DNA of 64,000 nucleotides from an uncultured Planctomycetales bacterium (GTDB lineage: Bacteria > Planctomycetota > UBA1135). The stretch is taken from NCBI GenBank assembly GCA_964342475.1, contig CAYFGE010000015.1, positions 1,363 to 65,362 of the forward strand, given 5' to 3'. The translations under genes were made by a program, and so were the position numbers. Below are positions 44,801-53,600 of this stretch, one piece after another (the first letter of the stretch is position 1; each line of letters opens with the position of its first letter). Under the pieces are notes generated by a model. It did not search any database and was not told the DNA's origin. It worked only from the letters and a program-made list of their open reading frames with translations.

Positions 44801-45430
44801 CCGCACGGCTACGACGGCCAGGGCCCGGAGCACTCGAGCGCCCGCCCCGAGCGCTTCCTGCAGCTGTGCGCCGAGGGCAACCTCACCGTCGCCAACTGCT
44901 CGACCGCCGCGCAGTACTTCCACCTGCTGCGCCGCCAGGGCCTCGACGCGGCGCGCCGCCCGCTGGTGGTGCTGACGCCGAAGAGCCTGCTGCGCGACCC
45001 GCGCGCGGCGAGCCCGGTCGGCGAGCTGGCCGAGGGCCGCTTCCGCGAGGTGATCGGCGAGACCGTCGAGGACCCCTCGCGCATCCGCCGCGTGGTGCTG
45101 TGCAGCGGCAAGGTCTTCCACGACCTGGCCGACGCGCGGCGCGACACCGGCGCCGACGACGTGGCCGTCGTCCGCGTCGAGCAGCTCTATCCCTTCCCGC
45201 GCAAGGCCCTGCGCGAGGCGCTCGCCCCGTTCGACGGCGCCGAGCTGATCTGGGTGCAGGAGGAGCCGCGCAACATGGGCGGCTGGATCCACGTCCAGTC
45301 GCGCATGCTCGACCTCGGGCTGCCCGTGTGCTACGTCGGCCGCCCGGCGGCCTCCAGCCCGGCCACCGGCAGCTACCGCCGGCACCAGGCCGAGCAGACG
45401 GCGCTGCTGCTCGACGGCCTCGGCCGTTGA
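41900..45430 (+). CDS. kgd: multifunctional 2-oxoglutarate dehydrogenase E1 component with fused E2-like acyltransferase domain (Kgd/OdhA type)
   Basis: 1176 aa. The SucA-type N-terminus is FGVNAGYVESLFDQW. An internal acyltransferase domain ends in TSTYDHRTVQGAESG (Kgd/OdhA has TYDHRIIQGAESG as I recall). The E1o ThDP region carries GMAHRGRLNVLAN, GDVKYHQG, HGDAAFTGQGVV and GHNEGDEPAYTQP. Confidence 0.9.
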   Translation: MPIDFKEQFGVNAGYVESLFDQWRSDAAAVDPEWARWFERTAPAVEPAAPKGPVETDEEVAEPLRGVAARIAANMEDSLEVPTATTVRTLPVKVLDENRRVLNAHMKVRALGKASYTHLVAYALVRAIAEMPNVQSRSEERDGKPYKVTPKHVNLGIAIDVPGAGGKRSLVVPSLKACEEMDFKQFYDAYQDAVERGRNGKLTAADFAGTTVSLTNPGGFGTHLSVPRLMKGQGLIVATGGIGVPTEVRYVSPSHQAEMAISPVMTVTSTYDHRTVQGAESGLLLRRLEELLEGADGFWDDIFGCMRVPWTPFKAGTDADDKGAGLTPAEKQGKVWLLINAYRVRGCRLADLDPLEYRPDPLPSLDPSWYGFTIWDLDREFLTDGMCGKPVMTLREILEVLRETYCRRWGIEYMHVVNRERKHWIRERVEPRRNEEVFDQRARRRLLRRLIKAENFERFLQTRYPGNKRFSLEGADTLVPMMGEILDRLAEDGVERVVIGMAHRGRLNVLANLMNKSYERIFGEFEAVKLPSLSEGSGDVKYHQGQRGVYETPSGKQVEVLLSANPSHLEAVDPVVCGMVRGHQDRDGDTARRKTVGILVHGDAAFTGQGVVAETLQMSALRAYGTGGTIHIVVNNQIGFTASPQDLHSTYSCTDIAKMIQAPVLHANGDYPESVLKAAHVAVDYHAEFNADVVVDMVCYRRRGHNEGDEPAYTQPLLYQKIAQHPTVRETYIELLVRRGSMTREECEALSEQYDEELRAALEKSREADAQEEGPAEPFVLPTTHPGDWCDAESPVTAVAAAKLVDLVDRSNAMPEGHVVHPNLLRQLHRREDMVRGKRDLDWGCAEAVAFGSLLEDGVSIRLSGQDSGRGTFSHRHAVIRDQVTAADHVPLAHISERASFEAWDSLLSEEAVLGFEYGYAASRPEAMVLWEAQFGDFVNGAQIPIDQFLVAGESKWAQRVGLTLLLPHGYDGQGPEHSSARPERFLQLCAEGNLTVANCSTAAQYFHLLRRQGLDAARRPLVVLTPKSLLRDPRAASPVGELAEGRFREVIGETVEDPSRIRRVVLCSGKVFHDLADARRDTGADDVAVVRVEQLYPFPRKALREALAPFDGAELIWVQEEPRNMGGWIHVQSRMLDLGLPVCYVGRPAASSPATGSYRRHQAEQTALLLDGLGR

Positions 45431-45457
45431 GCAGCGCGCCGCGCCGCGCCCGCCGGG

Positions 45458-46420
45458 TCAGGGCTTCAGCGTGCCGAGGAAGGTCACGATGGCGTCGACC
45501 TTCTCGTCGCTGAGCGGGATGCCGGTCTGGTGGGCGGCCATGAGCCGCACCATCTCGCCGAGGTCGGCGACCGAGCCGTCGTGCAGGTAGGGGCCGGTCT
45601 CGGTGATCAGCCGCAGGCTGGGCACCTTGAAGAAGTACTTGTCCGTCTCCTTGCCGGTGGCCTCGAAGCGGCCCTCGTCCTTCAGCTCGGGCCAGGGCTT
45701 CACCAGGCCCAGCTTCTGGTACATGCCGCCGCCGAAGTAGGGGCCGCTGTGGCAGGCCACGCAGCCGCTGGCCAGGAAGGTCTCGAGGCCCTCGATCTCC
45801 GCCGCGGTCAGCGCCGCGTCGTCGCCGGCGAGGAAGGCGTCGAAGCGGCCCGGCATGACCAGCCCGCGCTCGAAGGCGCCGATGGCGCGACCGAGGTTGT
45901 CGTAGGTCAGCGGGTCGTCCTCGCCCGGGAAGGCGCCGGCGAAGGCCTCGACGTACTCGGGGATGCCCTTCAGCTTGGCGACCACCGCGTCGCCGTCCGG
46001 CATGCCCATCTCGACCGGGTTGAGGATCGGGCCCTTGGCCTGCTCCTCGACGTCCGCGGCGCGGCCGTCCCAGAACTGGGCCAGGTGGCCGGCGGCGTGG
46101 AACACGGTCGGCGCGTTGCGGCCGCCGAGCTGGCCGTCGACGCCCTCGCTGAACTGCTTGTTGTCGACGCCGAAGCCGTCGACGTCGTGGCAGGTGTTGC
46201 AGGAGACCGTGTCGTCCACCCAGAGCCGGACGTCGCGGTAGAGCTTCTCCCCGAGGGCGACGAGCTCCGCGCTGGGCGGGCCGGTCTCGGCGTGGGTCAT
46301 GTGGGTGGGCAGCACGCCGAAGGCGGCGAGGCGCGCGCGGTCGAAGCTGGTGGCTTCGCCGCCGCAGGCTGCGACCAGGGTGAGCGCCGAGGCGGCGCCG
46401 GTCAGGAGGATCTTGTTCAT
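45458..46420 (-). CDS. dihaem cytochrome c peroxidase (CCP/MauG family) lipoprotein
   Basis: Lipobox LTLVAACGG. Two CxxCH sites (CNTCH, CVACH). Motifs: GRNAPTVFHA...FWDGRA and PSLRLITETGPYLHDGS. Confidence 0.85.
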   Translation of the reverse strand: MNKILLTGAASALTLVAACGGEATSFDRARLAAFGVLPTHMTHAETGPPSAELVALGEKLYRDVRLWVDDTVSCNTCHDVDGFGVDNKQFSEGVDGQLGGRNAPTVFHAAGHLAQFWDGRAADVEEQAKGPILNPVEMGMPDGDAVVAKLKGIPEYVEAFAGAFPGEDDPLTYDNLGRAIGAFERGLVMPGRFDAFLAGDDAALTAAEIEGLETFLASGCVACHSGPYFGGGMYQKLGLVKPWPELKDEGRFEATGKETDKYFFKVPSLRLITETGPYLHDGSVADLGEMVRLMAAHQTGIPLSDEKVDAIVTFLGTLKP

Positions 46421-46485
46421 GCTGAGAGGGGGGTGGGGATCCTGGTGACTAGTTCAGGAGGGGGCGGAGCCCAAGGAGGGACGGA

Positions 46486-47451
46486 TCAGCGCAGGGCTTC
46501 CAGCCAGTTCACGATCTTCGCGACTTGCTCGTCGTCGAGCTCGCCGCCGAGCTGGTACTCCGCCATCATGCGGACCATCTCGCCGAGGTCGTCCACGCTG
46601 CCGGCGTGGCCGTAGGGGCCGGTGTCGGGCAGGCCGCGCAGCGGCGCCGTGCGGAACATGCCGGCGTCGGAGTCGTCGCCGGTGACGGCCGCGCGCCCCG
46701 GGTCCTCGAGGCCGGGCCAGTCGTCGGCCATGCCGAGCATCTGCAGGTCGTCGCCGCCGAAATTGGTGCCGGTGTGGCACATCGCGCAGCCGCTCTCGAG
46801 GAAGGCGAGGAAGCCCTCGCGCTCGGGGTCGGTCAGCGCGGCCTCCTCGCCGCCGAGGAAGCGGTCCCAGCGCGCGGGGCGGACCAGGCTGCGCTGGTAG
46901 GCGCTCAGCGCCCCGACGATCTCCTCGAAGCCGAGCTCGCCGCCAGCCGCGGCGACGACCGCCTCCTCGTCGGCCAGGCCGGTGGCCCAGGTGTCGAGCA
47001 GGTGGGCGGCGGTGAAGGCCTCGAGGGAGTCGGCGCGGGCGTCCCAGCCGAAGCTGGCGTAGGAGCCCACGTTCCACAAGGTCGGAGCGTTGCGCGGCGC
47101 CTCGGCGCCGTTCGCGCCGCGGCTGCGCGCCAGGCCGTCGTCCCCGCCGTCGTCGAGGACGTGGCAGCTGGCGCAGCTGGTCTGCCGGTCGGCCGACAGC
47201 TCGGTGGAGCGGAACAGGGCCTCTCCGCGGGCCACGGTGGCCTCGTCGGCGGGGGAGGCTGCGGCGAGCGGCGGGAAGGCCTCGAGCAGGTCGGGGTCGA
47301 TCACGACCGTCGGCGGCGGGACCTGGGTGGCGACCTCGCCCGGAGCGTCCTCGGGCTCGTGGCCGGCGTCGGAGCCACAGGCGGTCAGGGAGGCGGCGCC
47401 GGCCAGGAGGGCCAGACGCAGCAGGGTCAGGAACGGGGTGGTGGGCGTCAT
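46486..47451 (-). CDS. dihaem cytochrome c peroxidase paralog, lipoprotein
   Basis: I chose start ATG 47449-47451 (MTPTTPFLTLLRLALLAGAASLTACGS). It has CASCH and CAMCH, plus PRNAPTLWNV..GWDARA and APLRGLPDTGPYGHAGS. Confidence 0.8.
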   Translation of the reverse strand: MTPTTPFLTLLRLALLAGAASLTACGSDAGHEPEDAPGEVATQVPPPTVVIDPDLLEAFPPLAAASPADEATVARGEALFRSTELSADRQTSCASCHVLDDGGDDGLARSRGANGAEAPRNAPTLWNVGSYASFGWDARADSLEAFTAAHLLDTWATGLADEEAVVAAAGGELGFEEIVGALSAYQRSLVRPARWDRFLGGEEAALTDPEREGFLAFLESGCAMCHTGTNFGGDDLQMLGMADDWPGLEDPGRAAVTGDDSDAGMFRTAPLRGLPDTGPYGHAGSVDDLGEMVRMMAEYQLGGELDDEQVAKIVNWLEALR

Positions 47452-47612
47452 CGATCCAGGGAAGGGCCGGGAGGGGGTCCTCCGGGTGGGGGCGGACAGG
47501 CCGCCGGCGAGCATCTTCCCAAGGCGGGAGGGCATCGCGTCGTCATCCTGTCGAACTCCCCGTAGGGTAGGACCGTTGGCCTTCCGACCGGGCCACCGTC
47601 CTGGAGATCCTC

Positions 47613-50600
47613 ATGCGCTCCCAGCCGCTCTTCGCCACGCTCGCTCTCCTCCTCCCGCTCCTCGCCCCGCCGCTCGCCGCCGCCCCCGCCCAGGAGCCTT
47701 CCGGAGAGACCCAAGTCGCTTCCTTGGAAGGACTTCCGGTGATTCCGGAGGTCCTCCGCCAGGCGCTGCTCCACGGCCGCCACGACGAGGCCGAGCGCCT
47801 GTTGGACGGCTTCCTCCGCGAGGAGCCCGAGCTGGCCGGCCTGTGGACCTACCTCGGGGGCCTGAACCAGGAGCGCGCCGGGGACTGGCAGGAGGCGCTC
47901 GTGCGCTTCCGCCGCGTCGAGACCGAGCACGCCGACGGCCTGTGGGCCGCCAAGGCCCGCTTCCACCGCGCCGAGGCGCACCGGCGCCTGGGCCAGTGGG
48001 CGGAGGCCGAGCGCATCTGGGAGGAGGCCGCCTCCGCTCTGCGCGCGCCGGAGCGCCAGAGCGAACTGGCGGCGGTCTACCTGCGCATCGCCGACTCGCT
48101 CTCGGTCGAGCCCGAGGGCGCGCAGCCCGACGCCGGACTCGACCCCGCCCGCGCGGCGAACCTGTACGCACAGGTCCTCGAGCTCGAGGCGCCGGCCGCC
48201 GACCGCGAGAAGGCGCGCTTCCGCTTCGCGCAGTGCATGGAGCAGCTGGGCAATTGGGTCGCCGCCGTGCAGGGCTGGGAGCGCTACCTCGGCGAGTTCG
48301 GCGAGGACGGCGCGCGCGCCCACGAGGCGCGCTACCGCCTCGGCAACGCGCTGCTGCTGAGCGACCGCGCGGCCGACGCGCGGCGGGTCTTCGAGGACCT
48401 CGTCGACGCGCTGGCTGCCGCCGCCGACGCCGTCCGCGCGGCGCACCCCGACCTGGCCGGCGACGCCGCCTTCGCCGTGGCGCAGACCTACGGCCCCGGC
48501 GAGGCGCGCGCGGCGATCGACGCGCTCGGCCGCTTCCTCTCCGCCCACCCGGCGCACCGCCACGCCCCCGCCGCCGCCTTCGAGACCGGCCAGCGCGCCT
48601 TCGCGAGCGGCTGGGACGAGGAGGCCATCGCCGCCTTCGACGCCTTCCTCGCCCGCGCGCCGCGCGTGACCGAGGTGGAGGAGGAGCGCGAGAAGGAGGC
48701 CGCCCTGCGCCAGACCGCGCTGTTCCGCAAGGGCGAGGCGCTGTGGCGGCAGGACCGCCTCGAGGCGGCCGTCGCCACCTTCACCGACTACACCCGCCGC
48801 CACCCGAACGGACCGGACTGGGGCGCCGCGCAGCAGGGCATCGTCGACGCCAGCTACCAGATCGGCGTCGTGCAGCGGCGCGCCGAGGAGTACGACGCGG
48901 CGCGCGCGACCTGGGAGGCCTTCCTCGTCGCCTACCCGCTCGACCCGCGCGCGCGGCAGATCCTGCTCGACCTCGGGGAGCTCCACGTCGAGGAGGTGAT
49001 GGACCTGCCGGAGGACGACCCGCGCCGCCCGGCCGGCTTCCGCGCCGCCATCGAGCAGTGGCGCCGCCTGAGCGAGAAGTACCCCGGCAGCGACGAGGCC
49101 TCCACCGCCCTGTTCCGCGTCGGGGAGGTGCTCGAGAAGGAGCTCCTCGACCTGGAGGCCGCCATCCAGGCCTACCGCGCCTGCGACTTCGGCTGGTGGG
49201 CCGGCACCGCGCGCGAGCGCCTGGTCGTGATGACCCGGCCGCACCTGTCGATCGAGACGACGCGCACCTGGCGCAGCGACGAGCCGGCCACCCTGCGCGC
49301 CGACCTGCGCAACATCGACTCGCTGCTCGTGCAGGTCTACCCGCTCGACCTCGAGGCCTACTTCCGCAAGCACCTCACCCACCGGCGGGTCGAGGACCTC
49401 GACCTCGACCTGATCGCTCCCGAGCACGAGTTCGAGTACCTGGTCGAGGACGCGCGGGACTACCTGCCCCTCGAGCGCACCATCGACCTGGGCGTCGAGG
49501 GCCCGGGCGTGTGGGCCGTGGCGGTCTCCGCCGGGAACCTGCGCGCGACCACCCTGGTCGTCCGCAGCGACGTCGACGTGGTGCTGAAGAGCTCGCGCCG
49601 CGAGGTCTTCGTCTACGCGCAGGACATGCGCCTCGACGAGCCGGCCGCTGGCGTGGACGTGCTGCTCGCGCTTCCCGGCGCGGACGGCGGTCCGCCCGAG
49701 TTCCACGAGCTCGAGACCGGCGCCGACGGCGTCGCGCGCCTCGCGCTCGACCGCCTGCGCGAGGTGGACTGGCTGCGCCTGTTCGCCGTGCGCGACGGCC
49801 ACTGCGCCGCCGAGGGGCTGGGGCTGAACGGGCTCGGGCTGGCCCAGGGCCTGAGCGCCCGCGGCGTGGCCTACACCGACCGCCCGGCCTACCGCCCCGG
49901 CGACGAGGTCAGCTGGCGCGCCGTGCTGCGCCACGTCGAGGCCGGCAGCTACGCCGTGAAGGAGGGCAGCCGGGTCGAGTGGAGCGTGCTGGACGCCCGC
50001 GGCCGCACGATCCGCCGCGGCGAGGCGCCGCTGAGCGCCTTCGGCACCGTGGCGGGCGGCTTCCGCCTCCCCGAGCGCGCGCCCGTCGGCGACTACCAGC
50101 TGGTCCTGCGCGCCGCCGAGGAGCTCGCCGTGGCCGGCCGCTTCACCGTGGCCGAGTACCAGCTGCCGCGCGTGCGGCTCAGCCTCGAGGCCGAGCGCGA
50201 CGTGGTGTTCCGCGGCGAGGAGGTCGTGCTGTCCGTGCGCGCGGCCTGGGCCTACGGCGAGCCCGTCGCCGGCGCGCGGCTGCAGCTCGCCCTGCCCGAC
50301 GGCCGCCGCGAGCAGCTCGTCACCGACGCCGAGGGCGCGGCCGAGTTCCGCTTCCCCACGCGCGAGCTGGCGCAGGAGACCTCCCTGTTCTTCCACGCCG
50401 CTCTGCCCGAGGAGGGCGCCGAGGCGCGCACCGCGGTGTGGCTGGCGACGCGCGGCTTCAGCGCCCTCGTGCAGGTGCGCCGTGACGTGGTCCTGGCCGG
50501 CGAGAGCTTCCCGGTCTCGGTCACGACCACCTCGCCCGCCGGCGAGCCCGTGGCGCGAAAGATGAGCCTCGAGGTGGTGCGCCGCACCGCCGAGCGCGGC

Positions 50601-53600
50601 CGCGTGGTGGAGACCCGCGTCTCGCGCCAGGACTTCGACACCTCCGTCGAGCTCGGCCGCGCCGAGCTCGCGGTCTCGGTGGCGGACGGCGGCGACTACC
50701 TGCTGCGCGCCTTCGGCACCGACCGCTTCGGCAACACCGTCTTCGCCGAGCGCACGCTGTTCGTCTCGGGCGCCGAGGACGAGGTGCGGCTGCGGCTGCT
50801 GGTCGACGACGCCGAGCTCGAGGTGGGGGAGACGCTGCGCGCCAACCTGCACAACCGCGCCGGCGCCGGCCTCGCCCTGCTCACCTTCGAGGGCGAGGAG
50901 ATCCTCGGCTACCGCATCGTCCGCCTCGGCGGCGGCGAGAACGCGCTGGCCCTCGAGGTCGGCCACGAGCACTTCCCGAACTTCACCGTCTCCGCGGCGA
51001 TGATGCGCGGCAACGAGTTCTTCACCGCGCGCGCCGACTTCGAGGTGCGCCGCGAGCTGCGCGTGCGCGTCGAGCCGGAGAAGCAGGTCTACGCCCCCGG
51101 CGAGCAGGCCTGGGCCGACGTGGTGGTCACCGACCAGCTCGGCCGCCCGGTCGAGGCCGAGGTCTCGGTCGGCGTGGTCGACGCCACGCTCTACGACCTC
51201 TACCGCGACCGCACGCCGGCGCTGCGGGGCTGGTTCGAGACCGGCACGCACCGCGACGCCGCGCTGCGCACCTCGACCACCTGCACCTTCCGCTACGACG
51301 GCGTGACGCGCGAGATCTCGCAGGCCGTGCTCGACGAGGCCGAGCGCCTGGCCGAGCTGGTCGAGTCCGAGACCCTCCTGCGCGACGCGCTCGAGGAGCT
51401 CGACAAGTCCGCCAGCCGCGAGCTGGCCTTCCGCGGCCCCGGCGACACCGTGCCGCCCGGCGCGCGCCTCGCGCCGGCCGCGCCGGGGACGGCAGCGCCG
51501 AACGCGCCCGCCGAGACGCGCGGCCGCCTGCGTCAGCTCGGCTACGTCGCCGACGAGGGGTTGGAGAGCGGCGCCTGGAACGACTCCGTCGGCATCGGCG
51601 GCGGTGCCGGCGGCCTGCGCGGCGGCCGCGGCGGCCGCGCAGGCAAGGCCGGGCCGCCCGAGGGCACCCCGGCGGTGACCGCCTTCTGGTCGGCCGCGGT
51701 GCAGACCGGCGCCGACGGGCGCGCGCGGATCTCCTTCGCCGTTCCCGAGGTGAGCACGAAGTGGCGCATCACCGCGCGCGGCGTCGGCCACGGCACCCTG
51801 CTCGGCGAGCAGCGCGAGGTCTTCACCTCGCGGACCGAGTTCTTCGTCGAGCTGCGCGCCCCGCGCGCGCTGGTCGAGGGCGACCGCCCGCGCCTCGTGG
51901 CGCGCCTGCACAACCTGTCCGGTCTCGCCGGTCAGGCCTCTGTCCTGCTGCGCGCCTACGAGGGTGAGGACGCCACCACCATGGCCCTCGAGAGCATCGA
52001 GATCGGCGCCGGCGGCGTGGCCGAACTGACCCTGCCGGCGCTCGAGCCGGTCCAGGCCGGCGCTCCGCTCGTGCTGATCCTCGAGGCCGAGGCGGACTAC
52101 GGCGACAGCCGCCTGCGCGACGCCGTCACGCTCCGCCTGCCCGTGCGCCCGTGGGGGGTGGAGGTGGCCGACGCCGCCTCCGGTCTGCTCACCGACCGCA
52201 CCACGCTCGAGCTCGAGCTGCCCCAGGGAGCCGGGCGCCACCCGAGCCTGGAGCTCTTCGTCGGCCACGGCATCGACCGCCTGCTGCTCACCGAGGCGCT
52301 GGGGCAGTCCTTCCCGTACCGCAGGATCGGTTGGGGCGGGCCCGCCACGCTGGCCGACCTGAGCAGCGAGCTGTTCGGCGTCGCCACGCTGCTGCAGCAG
52401 CTCGAGGCCGCCGGCGGCCGGGACCTGGCCGAGGCGCGCGAACTGCGCGCGCGCGGGGAGTCGCTCGCCGCCGCGGTGATCGCCGCCCAGCGGCCCGACG
52501 GCGCCTGGGCGTGGGCCTCGCTCGACGCCGAGCCCTCCGCCGAGTCGACCGCCGCGGCGATGCTCGCCCTGGCGCGGGCGAAGCGCGCGGGCCTCTCGGT
52601 TCCGCCGCCGACGGTGGACGCCGGCCTCGCCCGCCTCGACGCCGACTTCCGCGCGGCGCGCGAGCAGGCCCTCGAGCTGAAGGCCATGCTGGTCCACGCG
52701 CAGGCCGCCCACGGCCGCGACGACTTCGCCGCCGCCAACCGCCTGCACCGATCGCGCGCTTCCTTGTCGCCGGCCGGCCTGGCTCACACCGCGCTGGCCC
52801 TGGTCGAGATGGAGCGGCGGCCGATGGCGGCCGAGCTGGCCGCGCCGCTGGCCGCGCTGCTCGAAGCCGGGCGCGGTGGCTGCCCGGTCGAGGACAACCT
52901 GGCCTGGAACCGCTCGCCGCTCGAGATGACCGCGCTGGCCCTGCTGGCCCTGCAGGCCTCCACGCCCGAGCACCCGGCCGCTGCCGCCGCCGCCGAGCAC
53001 CTGCTCGCGCGCCGGCCGTGGTTCCCGCCGCGGGCGCGCGGCTGGGCGGTCGCCGCCCTGGCCGAGCACCAGGGCGAGGTCGTCCCGGCCACCGGCCGCC
53101 TCGAGGTGGCGGTGCGCGTCGGCGGCGGCGCGGAGCAGGTCCTGGCCCTCGGGCCCGAAGCCCCCGAGCTGTCCCTCGAGGAGCTGCTCCCCGAGGGCAG
53201 CCGCAGCGTCCGCGTCGAGCTCGCCGTGCGCGGCCGCGGCGCGGCCCACTTCGCGGCCGTGCTGCGTGGGTTCACCGACCGCGTCGAGGAGCGCAAGGAG
53301 AACGACTTCGTCATCACGCGCGCGGACTTCCTCGCCGCCGCTCCGCGCCACGCCGGCCGCGCCGTGCCGACCGGATTCGGCGTGCTGAACGACGGGCGCC
53401 AGCGCTGGAGCAACACGCTCAGCGCGCTGCCGCAGGGCGCCACCGGCCGCATGGAGGTGCAGTACTACCGCGGGGTGCGGCGCGACGATCCGCCCGAGGA
53501 GCGGGACTACCTCCTGCTCGAGGTGCCGCTGCCCGCGGGGACGCGGGTGCTGCGCGAGACGGTCACCGGGCGCTTCCAGTCCTGGGAGGAGCGCGACGGC

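Noticed and set aside
47452-47535. Longer N-termini offered by the track for CCP paralog 2 (47535), OPT paralog 1 (8797), the decahaem gene (59697) and the 1028-aa gene (TTG 36752)
   Set aside because: In each case a downstream ATG gives a proper signal peptide, lipobox or conserved N-terminus. Examples are MTPTTPFLTLLRLALLAGAASLTAC, MPLFQKAPP, MANSPRRSIRRLL...LPSC and MRPRVLLPLL. The extra residues are non-hydrophobic and not needed.
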